Assembly: GCA_964458565.1 (NCBI GenBank)
Contig: CAYWJO010000012.1
Span: 23,289 to 76,906, forward strand
DNA length: 53,618 bases
From: an uncultured archaeon
Lineage (GTDB): Archaea; Asgardarchaeota; Thorarchaeia; Thorarchaeales; Thorarchaeaceae
Direction: 5' to 3'
In this document: positions 10,459-20,432 of the stretch, one piece after another
Layout: every line of letters begins with the position of its first letter
Position numbering within the stretch: position 1 is the stretch's first letter
Program-made: the position numbers and the translations under genes
The notes under the pieces: model-generated
Told to the model about the DNA's origin: nothing
Database searches by the model: none
Seen by the model: the letters and a program-made list of their open reading frames with translations, nothing else

Positions 10459-10743
10459 CTACCAAGCACCTTCAGTTGGGTTGAATGCTTGGAGTACAAA
10501 GTACATAATAGCTGCCATAAGAACAAGAATCATTGCAAATCCAAGCATGAATGGTAACGCATTTGCTTGATTCCACCACACAAGTGGTCCAAAAGTTTCG
10601 CTCCAATCCTCTAACCCTGTTAACTGTCCCAGCAGTGAAAGAGCATATGGTGTCACAAAGAAAAGCAGGAATGCTAGGAACAACCATCCCGCTCGTTTTA
10701 GCCACATACGTGATTCATTACTTGCATTCTCACTATCTTCCAT
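10459..10743 (-). CDS. Small two-TM membrane protein
   Basis: Two hydrophobic segments separated by a short loop. Confidence 0.65.
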   Translation of the reverse strand: MEDSENASNESRMWLKRAGWLFLAFLLFFVTPYALSLLGQLTGLEDWSETFGPLVWWNQANALPFMLGFAMILVLMAAIMYFVLQAFNPTEGAW

Positions 10744-11012
10744 GATAGACACGCTCTAATACATTGCACACAAATATCAGCACCTTCACAGGATTAGCTG
10801 ACTCAATTCAACCTAACAATTTCTCTGTTTATTAAGTCCTTCCCATTACGCCACAACTTCATTGGCGTAAGAGCAAAGGAATATAATCCCCTGTTGTCGA
10901 AATAGGAATTAGTTCAAAAGTGATGGATAACCAAACTCTTAAGTAAGGCACAGAGATTTCGCCAATCTGTCCAGAAGGACTGGTGCCATCAGAGATTCAG
11001 AGGACTATACCA

Positions 11013-12056
11013 ATGAAGCTTAGAGACTTCATCTTACGTAGGATCTTGCTAGCGATCCCAGTTGTGTTCGGTGTACTGACCATTACATGGTTCCTATCAT
11101 ATGTTGTAGGTGACCCTCTTGCGATGTACATTACTGAGCGGACTCCGGACGTCGCTATACCAGGAATTAGAGCAGCACTTGGTTTGGATGAACCACTAGT
11201 TGTGCAGTATTTCATTTATCTTTCTAATCTATTTCAAGGTGATTGGGGACAGAGTACATCTGCAGGAGCAGATACGCCTGTATTGGAAGTCATAGCACTG
11301 AAGTTTCCTGCAACCATTGAATTAGCATTAGTCTCAATGATTTTTGCCATAGTACTTGGAATTCCATTAGGAATTATCTCCGCGACTAAGAAGGATCAAC
11401 CAATAGACCATTTCACTCGTGTATTCTCTTTGGCTGGGGTATCTATGCCTATATTCTGGTTTGGGTTAATGTTGAAGTATGTTCTTTTCTTCCAATTGAA
11501 CATGGCTGGACTGCCCTATTTCCCCTCTGGTGATCGATATAGTCCGCGTTGGTTCTCATATCCTCAAGAGAGTCGCGTTACTGGTTTCCTTTTAGTTGAT
11601 TCACTAGTATTTCAACAAAACTATCTTCTCTTTGTTGATGGACTTCTTCACCTTATCCTTCCAGGATTTTGTCTCGGGTACCTGACATTGGCTATCATCA
11701 CAAGGATGATGCGTTCTAGCATGCTTGAGGTCCTCAAGGAAGATTACATCACGCTAGCTAAATCAAAAGGACTTACAGAACGAGTAGTCATCTATAGACA
11801 TGCACTACGCAATGCATTGATACCGACCGTTACTGTCATTGGACTTGCGTTCGGTGGCCTGATGTCTGGTGCTGTGCTGACTGAAACGATATACAATTGG
11901 CCGGGTCTAGGTCGCTGGGCAGTAAGAGCTATTCTGAATTCAGATATGGCTGCAATTAATGGATTTACTCTTCTGGTAGCTTTGATATTTGTCACAGCGA
12001 ATTTACTAGTGGACTTGATGTATGGAACACTTGACCCGCGGATACGGTTTGGATAG
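11013..12056 (+). CDS. dppB: Oligopeptide/dipeptide ABC transporter permease
   Basis: LGLDEP..VQY, FPATIELA and the EAA-type loop 'EDYITLAKSKGL..HALRNA'. Confidence 0.9.
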   Translation: MKLRDFILRRILLAIPVVFGVLTITWFLSYVVGDPLAMYITERTPDVAIPGIRAALGLDEPLVVQYFIYLSNLFQGDWGQSTSAGADTPVLEVIALKFPATIELALVSMIFAIVLGIPLGIISATKKDQPIDHFTRVFSLAGVSMPIFWFGLMLKYVLFFQLNMAGLPYFPSGDRYSPRWFSYPQESRVTGFLLVDSLVFQQNYLLFVDGLLHLILPGFCLGYLTLAIITRMMRSSMLEVLKEDYITLAKSKGLTERVVIYRHALRNALIPTVTVIGLAFGGLMSGAVLTETIYNWPGLGRWAVRAILNSDMAAINGFTLLVALIFVTANLLVDLMYGTLDPRIRFG

Positions 12057-12062
12057 GAGGAT

Positions 12063-13751
12063 TTGAAATTGAGCTTAGAAACAGATACACAACAATATCA
12101 GGAAGACACCGGTTATCCATTCCCAACCCTTGCTAGATACATAAAACGTAGTTTCTATCTTCTAGCAATCGTGGCATTTGCAGTTGGGGTCATAATAATC
12201 TTGGGTACATATGCTGTTGATTTTGCTGGGTCTCCTGTGGCGCTTCTAATCGATGTCCTCACATTACCAGATTTTATGCTATCCGCTATATTCCTAATAG
12301 CACTCGGAGTTTTAGCAATCTTCATTGGTAGGTTCATATGGGATGGTAACAGGTATAGTCATATTGTTGCATTAGCAATAGCAATCGAATTAGTTGTTTT
12401 AGGCTGGCCTCTTCCATTCTTCGGATACATCTTTGATATATTTGCATTAGTCCTATTTTGTCTAACGGTAACTCAGATTGATTGGCCTGTTAATCCTGGA
12501 TACATCGTTAAGGGAATAATTGCTTGTTTGTTTGTACTAGGTATCGCAGAATTCATCTTTGGAATGGTGATACTATCTGGTAACGTGATTTACGGGATCT
12601 TTGATTTCTTTGGATCCGTTGAAGTTCCTGAGTATCTAGGACTCTATATCTTCCATGCATTATTTTCAGTCGTTCTGGGATTCTTCACTATTCAATTAAC
12701 CAAACCTATAGGAGAAAAAGAGCCAAGCTCATTTAGTTGGTCTCTTTACCTTTCAGTTCCAACTATCATCTTCTTGCTCTTGTTACCTACGACTATTGGT
12801 TATCCCTTACTCATATTCTCTTTATCACTTATCGTGCTTATATCATTCCCACCAGGTGTTCGATCTTTGTGGAGTCATGAATTCGTTGAGGATATGAAAC
12901 CGAGGCTGAAAGAAACAAGGTATAGTTTGTATCTTATTCGTAAGAGTCCCTTGGTAGTTGTTGGTATCATCATCATTGTATCATTTGTGTTCATTGCAAT
13001 ATTTGCAGATCAATTGGCTCCTTATGGCCCAGAACAACGTATCTGGGAAGATGTAGCTGACCCACCAAGTCCTGATCATATATGGGGTGTCGATGAAGTT
13101 GGTGGTGATGTCTATAGTCGAATACTTTGGGGTGCTCAAGTCGACCTGAAAATATCATTGCAGGTTGTATTTATCGCAGTCCTACTTGGTACTGTAATAG
13201 GGGCTTCATCAGGGTATTATGGTGGGAAGCTTGACGAACTCGTCATGAGGATTACAGATGTCTTCTTTGCATTTCCAGGACTTATTCTGGCTATGGCCAT
13301 TGTCATGGCATTAGGCGCAAGGAATTTGGAAAACATCTCGATAGCTCTGATGATTACATGGTGGCCTACTTACGCACGACTTGTTCGAGGCCAAGTATTA
13401 TCGGAACGAGAGAAGCTCTATGTAGAGGCTGCTCGTTCAGTTGGTGCTAGTGATAGCCGTATCCTATTCTTTCATATAATTCCGAACACTATTCAACCTT
13501 TGATTGTTCAAGCTACGATGGATACGGGTGGTGTCCTCCTAACAGCAGCAGGTCTTTCCTATATTGGTTTTGGAGCGAGTGCGGGTGTTGCTGAGTGGGG
13601 TCTCATGATTTCAAAAGGTCAAGAATTCTTGCTCTCAGCACCTTGGATGGCATTATACCCTGGACTAGCTATATTGCTTACTGCATTAGCTTTCAACCTG
13701 GTTGGAGATGGAATACGAGATATTCTTGATCCGAAACTTAGGAGGCGATAA
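12063..13751 (+). CDS. dppC: Oligopeptide ABC permease with a large extra N-terminal membrane domain
   Basis: The C-terminal ~280 aa are canonical (HIWGVDEVGGDVYSR, YVEAARSVGA, GDGIRDILDP). The N-terminal ~280 aa are multi-TM. Confidence 0.85.
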   Translation: MKLSLETDTQQYQEDTGYPFPTLARYIKRSFYLLAIVAFAVGVIIILGTYAVDFAGSPVALLIDVLTLPDFMLSAIFLIALGVLAIFIGRFIWDGNRYSHIVALAIAIELVVLGWPLPFFGYIFDIFALVLFCLTVTQIDWPVNPGYIVKGIIACLFVLGIAEFIFGMVILSGNVIYGIFDFFGSVEVPEYLGLYIFHALFSVVLGFFTIQLTKPIGEKEPSSFSWSLYLSVPTIIFLLLLPTTIGYPLLIFSLSLIVLISFPPGVRSLWSHEFVEDMKPRLKETRYSLYLIRKSPLVVVGIIIIVSFVFIAIFADQLAPYGPEQRIWEDVADPPSPDHIWGVDEVGGDVYSRILWGAQVDLKISLQVVFIAVLLGTVIGASSGYYGGKLDELVMRITDVFFAFPGLILAMAIVMALGARNLENISIALMITWWPTYARLVRGQVLSEREKLYVEAARSVGASDSRILFFHIIPNTIQPLIVQATMDTGGVLLTAAGLSYIGFGASAGVAEWGLMISKGQEFLLSAPWMALYPGLAILLTALAFNLVGDGIRDILDPKLRRR

Positions 13752-13756
13752 CAAAA

Positions 13757-15070
13757 ATGTCAGATACAGAAAAGATAAGGACGTCTGATGAAGTATCAGC
13801 TATTGATAAAGCTGATATGGATTTAGTTCTCCAAGTAGAGGATCTTGTCACTAACTTCTACACTTACGAAGGTACAGTACTTGCTCTCGATCGAGTGAAC
13901 CTCTTTCTTAGACGTGGTGACACAATGGGTGTAGTTGGTGAAACTGGATGTGGAAAGTCTGTGAGTGCAAAATCTATCCTCCGTCTTGTCGAACCTCCGG
14001 GTCGTATTGAGCATGGTAGGATTCTCTTCAATGCTTTGGATCGAAAGACTGGGGAGATTACAACGACCGATCTACTAGAACTATCTGAAAAAGAGATGCT
14101 TGGTATTCGAGGCGCGAAAATAGCTATCGTGTTTCAAGATCCTGCTACCTATCCTAATCCAGTTTTTAGAGTGGGAACTCAGATTTCAGAAGTAATCAAA
14201 CTGCATCAGGACCTCTCCGCTGAGGGGCTTGAGATGCGTATTGAGGAGCTTGGGGCAGAAATCAAATATCGTGAACTGCAAGAGAGCGATCGCATTAGGC
14301 GAAGTGAGGCTGAGAAGAGACGTAAAGGCTCAGATTATGACGAGAAGGACCAAGAGAAGGAGACGAAACATAAGGAGAAATACAAAGCTCAACAAACACG
14401 AATGGAACGCAAGCTTGGATATCTGAAAGGAATGATTGATAATCCTCCTGAGCCACCCAAATTGTACCGCGATGCAGTAGCCATGCGAAGAGCTATTAAA
14501 ATGCTGGAGATGGTAAAGATGCCAGCAGCTGATCGTGTTGTGATGCAATATCCACACGAGCTCTCTGGTGGGATGCGGCAACGCGCTCTCATTGCTATGG
14601 CACTCTCATGCAATCCAAATATTCTCATCTGTGACGAGGCTACAACCGCTTTGGACGTGACAGTACAAGCACAGGTACTCAATTTGCTGAATGAGTTGAA
14701 GGAGGAGATTGGAACTTCAATCATGATAATCACGCATGATCTTGGTGTTGTTGCAGAAACATGTAACTGGGTGAATGTTATGTACGCTGGAACTACGGTT
14801 GAATCAGCTGCTACTGATGAATTATTCAGTAATCCTATTCATCCATATACAAGTGGTCTCCTGCAAGCAATACCCAAGCTCCATGAGAATAAGGAACGGT
14901 TAGATCAAATTCTTGGTATTGTCCCAAATCTGATAACACCTCCACCTGGTTGTCGCTTCCATCCAAGGTGCGAGTTTGCAACAGAAATATGCAGACAGGA
15001 TCGTCCCGACTTGAGAGAGATTAAACCGATGCATTTTGTGGCTTGTCATAATCCACAAGGGAGTTTCTAG
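13757..15070 (+). CDS. dppD: Oligopeptide ABC ATPase with a charged helical insertion
   Basis: GETGCGKS, YPHELSGGMRQR, ICDE, THD and the C-terminal GCRFHPRC domain. Confidence 0.9.
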   Translation: MSDTEKIRTSDEVSAIDKADMDLVLQVEDLVTNFYTYEGTVLALDRVNLFLRRGDTMGVVGETGCGKSVSAKSILRLVEPPGRIEHGRILFNALDRKTGEITTTDLLELSEKEMLGIRGAKIAIVFQDPATYPNPVFRVGTQISEVIKLHQDLSAEGLEMRIEELGAEIKYRELQESDRIRRSEAEKRRKGSDYDEKDQEKETKHKEKYKAQQTRMERKLGYLKGMIDNPPEPPKLYRDAVAMRRAIKMLEMVKMPAADRVVMQYPHELSGGMRQRALIAMALSCNPNILICDEATTALDVTVQAQVLNLLNELKEEIGTSIMIITHDLGVVAETCNWVNVMYAGTTVESAATDELFSNPIHPYTSGLLQAIPKLHENKERLDQILGIVPNLITPPPGCRFHPRCEFATEICRQDRPDLREIKPMHFVACHNPQGSF

Positions 15071-15082
15071 GAGGTAATAAAA

Positions 15083-16108
15083 ATGGATGATAACATTCTC
15101 TTAAAGACCGTGAAACTCAAAAAGTACTTTCCATTAACTGGAGGTGTATTCCGAAAAGTAGTAGGAAAAGTACATGCGGTTGACGGAGTCAATCTTGACA
15201 TTGTAAAGGGAGAGACCCTTGGTGTGGTAGGTGAGAGTGGATGTGGCAAAACAACTCTCGGCCGTACTATTTTGCGTTTACTTAGTCCAACCTCTGGGAA
15301 AATCATCTTTGATGGGAGGGATATCACTCGGCTTGACCAGAAGGATTTACGTTCCATTCGTAGAGAAATGCAAATAGTATTTCAAGACCCAATGGCTTCG
15401 CTTGATCCAAGAATCACAATCAAGAAGACTGTCGGCGAACCTCTAATTGTAAACGGAGTTGCCAAAGGTCAACAGGTTCGAAACATGGTACTAGACCTTC
15501 TTCAGAAGGTTGGTCTAACAGAAGACCACCTCAACCGATTTCCACATGAATTTTCAGGTGGACAACGACAACGTATCTGTATAGCAAGAGCGCTTGCTTT
15601 GAATCCTAAATTCGTTGTGATGGATGAACCGACATCAAGCACTGATGTATCTGTGCAGGCACAGACACTCAATCTGATGAAAGACCTTCAAGATGAGTTT
15701 GATCTAACCTACATGTTCATTTCACACAACCTGAGCGTTGTTAAACATATGAGTGATAGGGTTGCTGTGATGTACTTAGGTCAAGTGGTTGAGCTTACTC
15801 CTCAAGACCTCTTTAGGAAGTCATACCATCCATATACTTTCGCTCTTGTATCTGCAGTACCTGTACCTGATCCAAGGTTTGCAGGACGCGCTCAGATTCT
15901 GAAAGGAGAGGTGCCAAGTCCAATCAACCCACCAACCGGTTGTCGCTTCCATCCACGATGTGTATTCGCGCAAGGTATCTGTAAGCGTCAAGAACCTAAA
16001 CTCGATGATATGGGCGGTGGACACTTTGTTGCATGTCACTTCGCTGGCGAACTTGACTTTGGCATTAGTTCTCAGATGGATTATGCAAGTGCAGTAGGAC
16101 GAGAATAG
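15083..16108 (+). CDS. dppF: Oligopeptide ABC ATPase
   Basis: GESGCGKT, FPHEFSGGQRQR, VMDE and GCRFHPRC. Confidence 0.9.
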   Translation: MDDNILLKTVKLKKYFPLTGGVFRKVVGKVHAVDGVNLDIVKGETLGVVGESGCGKTTLGRTILRLLSPTSGKIIFDGRDITRLDQKDLRSIRREMQIVFQDPMASLDPRITIKKTVGEPLIVNGVAKGQQVRNMVLDLLQKVGLTEDHLNRFPHEFSGGQRQRICIARALALNPKFVVMDEPTSSTDVSVQAQTLNLMKDLQDEFDLTYMFISHNLSVVKHMSDRVAVMYLGQVVELTPQDLFRKSYHPYTFALVSAVPVPDPRFAGRAQILKGEVPSPINPPTGCRFHPRCVFAQGICKRQEPKLDDMGGGHFVACHFAGELDFGISSQMDYASAVGRE

Positions 16109-16120
16109 GAAGTGTAGACA

Positions 16121-16306
16121 ATGGGTGACGATATCAATTGGGATGATTATATGTATCATGAACCTGGAGCAGGTTCTGCAATTTCGCTGGATCTAACTGA
16201 TTATGCTGCTCTGTTCATTGCATCCCTTGAAACAATCTATCTTCCAATTGTTATTATGGGAGTATTCCTATTCGCTCTTTCAGTGTTCTTCACCCTAATG
16301 TTTTGA
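16121..16306 (+). CDS. Small membrane protein at the end of the dpp operon
   Basis: 61 aa, co-directional with tight spacing and a C-terminal TM. Confidence 0.6.
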   Translation: MGDDINWDDYMYHEPGAGSAISLDLTDYAALFIASLETIYLPIVIMGVFLFALSVFFTLMF

Positions 16307-16320
16307 AATGAGGAGAGTTC

Positions 16321-16650
16321 ATGTCTACGAAGAAGTACAATACAATCTTCGAAATGATGGCACTCTCTTCACTTCTTGTTATTCTTGATATTATCATTGC
16401 AAGTGTGAGTGCAGTAATAGTTATTCAATCAATATTCCCAATTGTTTCGAATCTTCTACTGGTAGAATTTTCATTGTTGCTCATCATTGGTGCATGCATG
16501 ATGTCAAGGCAACCAATGACCGAGGAGAAGGAGAAAACGGAAACAGGTGAACGTTCTCAGGCCTTCATGATGTATCTATTAGGGCGCAAATTACTTGGAG
16601 CATCGGTTTTCGCATTCCTTTTCTCTTTATTATTTGCCTTCATACCCTAG
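16321..16650 (+). CDS. Small three-TM membrane protein
   Basis: GAGGAG SD and hydrophobic segments. Confidence 0.65.
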   Translation: MSTKKYNTIFEMMALSSLLVILDIIIASVSAVIVIQSIFPIVSNLLLVEFSLLLIIGACMMSRQPMTEEKEKTETGERSQAFMMYLLGRKLLGASVFAFLFSLLFAFIP

Positions 16651-17435
16651 AAATCATCGTAATCCTCAAACTCATCGGAAGTCCTCAGAAAACCGCGTTT
16701 TGATATCATTGCAATGATTCTAGTAAAAAGGTAGATCAAGAATGGAATGACTCCTGCTAAGTATAACAATGCGAGAAGGAGTGAGAAATCTGCTAAGAAG
16801 AATGCAGGTCCCCATAACAGGAGATTTGAGAATGCGGCAATAGACCAAGCAATAGCTGATGGGACTAAATCACCAACAGGAAATATTGCTATACATGAAA
16901 TTCCAATCATGAGATTTATTATACCCCATTTCTTGATCGAATCTACTGCTATTTTCACATATACAAAATCGTTCTTGCATAATCTGCTGTATTCTGCGGC
17001 GATCAAGGCATCGAGTAACTCCTCAGACACACGGGGTTCCCCAGGTCCTATCATAACAAGAATGCCTGCCATGAAAACCACGATGGCTACTCCCAATGTC
17101 TGAATTCCCTCAATGAAAAGAAACCCTACTATTACCGAGATCATTCCCATTAATAGACCAATCCAAATCGCTGCTGCCAATGTATTACTCATAAGATAGC
17201 TTTGAAACGCATTTCCCATCCTACCATGTTTTCGGATCGTCATGTTATCATAGACCCATTCATGTGCAAAGCAGTTTGTATATTCTGTTTCTCCACTCAA
17301 ATCAATTTCAGTGACATCATATGTTTCTTCAAGGCGAGTTTGAAATGCTGAGAATTCAGGGATTTTACGAATTCGAAAGATTGCTACTGCTACAATAAGA
17401 ATTCCTGTGACAAGAAAGGCAATCTGGAGTTCCAT
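16647..17435 (-). CDS. Multi-TM hypothetical membrane protein (paralog of 19564-20397)
   Basis: Shares 'IDLSGETEYTNC..EWV.DN', 'SEELL.AL' and 'LLALLYL..IIP'-like motifs with the paralog. Confidence 0.75.
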   Translation of the reverse strand: MELQIAFLVTGILIVAVAIFRIRKIPEFSAFQTRLEETYDVTEIDLSGETEYTNCFAHEWVYDNMTIRKHGRMGNAFQSYLMSNTLAAAIWIGLLMGMISVIVGFLFIEGIQTLGVAIVVFMAGILVMIGPGEPRVSEELLDALIAAEYSRLCKNDFVYVKIAVDSIKKWGIINLMIGISCIAIFPVGDLVPSAIAWSIAAFSNLLLWGPAFFLADFSLLLALLYLAGVIPFLIYLFTRIIAMISKRGFLRTSDEFEDYDDF

Positions 17436-17487
17436 GATTCAACCTACCTATCAGTAGAGAATGAAGCGAGTGATGGTGTTCTCTATT

Positions 17488-18345
17488 TCAATGATGTGTT
17501 ATGTCATTCAGTAGACTTGCTAAAACATACAGCCAAATGTGGGCGAGTAATGCATGTTCCGGTTTTTCTTCTGGATACCATCCAATTAGAAGAGTCACAT
17601 CCCCTCGTAATCCGGAAGATATTGATCCCGTTTTGAGTGTGACATTCTGTCCATCCATTTCTATCCCAATTCCGGAATCGTAGTAGATCTTCGGACTTAT
17701 GGAAAATGTATAATCAAATTTCTTGTTAGGAGTTGCACATAATTCAACGGAGAGATTGTGAAGCTCTACTCGCATTCTGAATCTTGTATATTCATACTTG
17801 GGCACAATTTCTGTTTTTTCTGGGATTGTGGGTAATATCACAGGACGTCTGTTTGCTTCGTAACCCACAATATCACTCTCTATTAGACCACAGAAATTTC
17901 CAGCTTTTCCAGATATTGTTAGCTCTTGGCGGGTTCTATCTATATTCAATTCTAGTTCAGTAATTTCATGTTTTACAACCCCATATGGATTCTCTCTACT
18001 CACTGCCTCAGAATCCCAATAAAACCAGGGGACGCTGATCATTGGATATATACGATCAGAAGAACGAATCTTTTTTCCCATCATCTTCCACAGATCTGGA
18101 TTCATAAGAAAGAGTGTAATCGTAAGAGAGTGCAGAATTTTGGATACCTTGTTAAAGAAGACGAATTTCTCTGCTTTTGTAGGAACTAACCTCTCAGTAA
18201 TCTCTGAAACTTGCTCAAGCGTTAATGAGGTTCTATTTGATTTCTTGAGTTGTGTCTTTTGATTTTCATTCAGGCGTATTATGTCACCATACATTTCTTT
18301 GAAAAGAACCAATGCTTCTTTATCAAATACTAAGTTAGTTTCCAT
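17488..18345 (-). CDS. Hypothetical protein
   Basis: 285-aa ORF with GAGGA SD. Confidence 0.7.
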   Translation of the reverse strand: METNLVFDKEALVLFKEMYGDIIRLNENQKTQLKKSNRTSLTLEQVSEITERLVPTKAEKFVFFNKVSKILHSLTITLFLMNPDLWKMMGKKIRSSDRIYPMISVPWFYWDSEAVSRENPYGVVKHEITELELNIDRTRQELTISGKAGNFCGLIESDIVGYEANRRPVILPTIPEKTEIVPKYEYTRFRMRVELHNLSVELCATPNKKFDYTFSISPKIYYDSGIGIEMDGQNVTLKTGSISSGLRGDVTLLIGWYPEEKPEHALLAHIWLYVLASLLNDITHH

Positions 18346-18435
18346 ATGATATCCTCACAGCGTCCGTTCCATGATGAAAAGAAAACCCTTCCGGAATGCT
18401 TGAAAGCATGTTAACCAGATATGCATTGATTTCAA

Positions 18436-19287
18436 TTGAAAACAATGATTATTCCCACAACGAATGAAGATGAAGTCATCGAGTGGCTTCTCTTTTACAA
18501 CAAATATTGTAGGAAACCGAAAGGTGACCGTAAAATCAGCATTTCTGACTTGCAAACATTAACAAGCTTGGAACTCATTGATATCGATTCACTTAGAATT
18601 GGTTACGAACAAGGTATTCCGAAGGCAATCTGTAGATTGGAGTTCTCGAGAGACAATAAATCAGCTTATCTAAGTGATTTATGTTTCTCACAGAGCACGA
18701 TGGGCACTATATTCATTGACTCAGTATTAGAAAATGTTAGACAAAAAGGAGCACAGTCTGTAATCACTTGGGTTCCTGATGGTGATGGAAAAGTAACCGA
18801 GCTGCTCGGGGATTTCTCCTTTGAAGCAAGGAAAGTTCATCTTTTACTTCGAAATATCCTACTGTATTCCCCAGACGAGTCGAATTATAAAATCGAATCT
18901 TTTGAATCTCCCCTGAATGCTCAATTACCTGTTCATTCTGAACGAATAATTTGCATCTCTCTCAGAGAACTCTATGGGCATTTTGAATTATCATGGGATC
19001 TTATCGCGAAAATTGGTCCTCTTACAAGTAATAATGAATTCCTCCTAGCTTATCAATCGAGGTCAATGAAGCATATTGGGGCGATTCTATTCAATCATCC
19101 ATTTCATGATGATCCTGATTTAATTGTTCAACCCTTGAAGAGGCTGTTTCGTTTGTTATATGATAAGGGTGTTCGAGAAATCCAATCCGAGATTGATACT
19201 GATCAGAATCTCAAGCAAGCTTTCCTTACAGCTGGATTTGGTATTGACTCAACTCTCTTTCAATTAGAGATGGACATAATCCATTAA
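18436..19287 (+). CDS. Hypothetical protein, possible degenerate tandem GNAT fold
   Basis: Two segments ending in GNAT-like motifs ('ELLGDFSF', 'AFLTAGF'). Confidence 0.5.
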   Translation: MKTMIIPTTNEDEVIEWLLFYNKYCRKPKGDRKISISDLQTLTSLELIDIDSLRIGYEQGIPKAICRLEFSRDNKSAYLSDLCFSQSTMGTIFIDSVLENVRQKGAQSVITWVPDGDGKVTELLGDFSFEARKVHLLLRNILLYSPDESNYKIESFESPLNAQLPVHSERIICISLRELYGHFELSWDLIAKIGPLTSNNEFLLAYQSRSMKHIGAILFNHPFHDDPDLIVQPLKRLFRLLYDKGVREIQSEIDTDQNLKQAFLTAGFGIDSTLFQLEMDIIH

Positions 19288-19402
19288 ATTAAACGAGCGT
19301 CTCATCAAAAACGCGCCAAATATCTTATTGAGTAAATAGTCTCAAAAAGATGTATATAGCTCCCCGAGAACTTTGATTCCATGAGTGTTTTGTCGGGAGG
19401 AA

Positions 19403-19525
19403 ATGAAGTCTAACGTTAAGAACCAAGTTACAATCATGTCGATAGGAAATGGAGTGCACCTAGATTCACAATTATCTGGCACCAACCTTTCATATTGGTG
19501 CTCTAACGTTCAGACTTGGCAATAA
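19403..19525 (+). CDS. Candidate 40-aa small peptide
   Basis: GGGAGG immediately before ATG; MKSNVKNQVTIMSIGNGVHLDSQLSGTNLSYWCSNVQTWQ; followed by a hairpin. Confidence 0.3.
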   Translation: MKSNVKNQVTIMSIGNGVHLDSQLSGTNLSYWCSNVQTWQ

Positions 19526-19535
19526 ACACCCATTC

Positions 19536-19556
19536 GTGAGCGCTGAATGCGCTCAC
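19536..19556. terminator. GC-rich hairpin
   Basis: GTGAGCGC-TGAAT-GCGCTCAC followed by CCCTTTTT. Confidence 0.55.
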
Positions 19557-19563
19557 ACCCTTT

Positions 19564-20397
19564 TTACACTGCATAACCGTCGCGAAATCTTTCTACATCT
19601 GGTGGAAATCTCTGTTCAACATGAAATACCGATGATGTCTTTACACGACCAATTAGAATTGAGCTGAATTTTCCAATTATCACAAGTAAGAGAGGAATGA
19701 TGGCTGACAGATATACAAGTGCGAGGAGTATTGAAACGGGTTCTAGATAGGTAACGGGAACCCATAGTATTGTGTTAGCTACTTGCGCTACTCCCCATGC
19801 GAATGCTGTTGGGAGGTCTTCAGCAGTGGGTACTAATATTAGGAATCCAATGCTCACGAAAATCTTGACAATGATTGAAACCAAGATTTGGTCTCGTGCA
19901 ATAACAACGAACGGATAGTCATTTGAATTGATTTTATCAAATCCTACTTTCTCAAGCGCAACAAGAAGTTCTTCAGACATCTTTGGGGGACCAGTTCCAT
20001 AAAGGATAAGCATCCCAATGAATGCGGCGCCCATAGATGTCCATAGCATTGTTGGTGATGAAAGGATTATAGACCACATGAATAATGGGATTGCAACAAC
20101 AGCTAGTGCAAGAAACATGAAACCGTAGAGTGTATCATCGAGAATTTTATCGTTGATGAGAGTATAGAATCTTCCATATTTTCTTGTTGTTAAATTATCA
20201 AGCACCCATTCTTGAGAGTAGCAATCTGTGTAACTTGTTTCTCCACTCATATCAATAGTCTGCTTACCGTATTCAGATTCAATATCCCGCATCATCCTAC
20301 CTGCCAAACCAAGATATCTAGCTCTTAGAACTGCTGATATGAGAATAATCATACCTACAGCGAGAAATGCTATGTTCGAAATCAACCTTCTGACCAC
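19564..20397 (-). CDS. Multi-TM hypothetical membrane protein (paralog of 16647-17435)
   Basis: 'IDMSGETSYTDCYSQEWVLDNL'; lies directly downstream of an ABC ATPase. Confidence 0.75.
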   Translation of the reverse strand: MVRRLISNIAFLAVGMIILISAVLRARYLGLAGRMMRDIESEYGKQTIDMSGETSYTDCYSQEWVLDNLTTRKYGRFYTLINDKILDDTLYGFMFLALAVVAIPLFMWSIILSSPTMLWTSMGAAFIGMLILYGTGPPKMSEELLVALEKVGFDKINSNDYPFVVIARDQILVSIIVKIFVSIGFLILVPTAEDLPTAFAWGVAQVANTILWVPVTYLEPVSILLALVYLSAIIPLLLVIIGKFSSILIGRVKTSSVFHVEQRFPPDVERFRDGYAV

Positions 20398-20432
20398 TTC
20401 TTTTTACATTCTATTTGCCTAATGAGGGTTTT

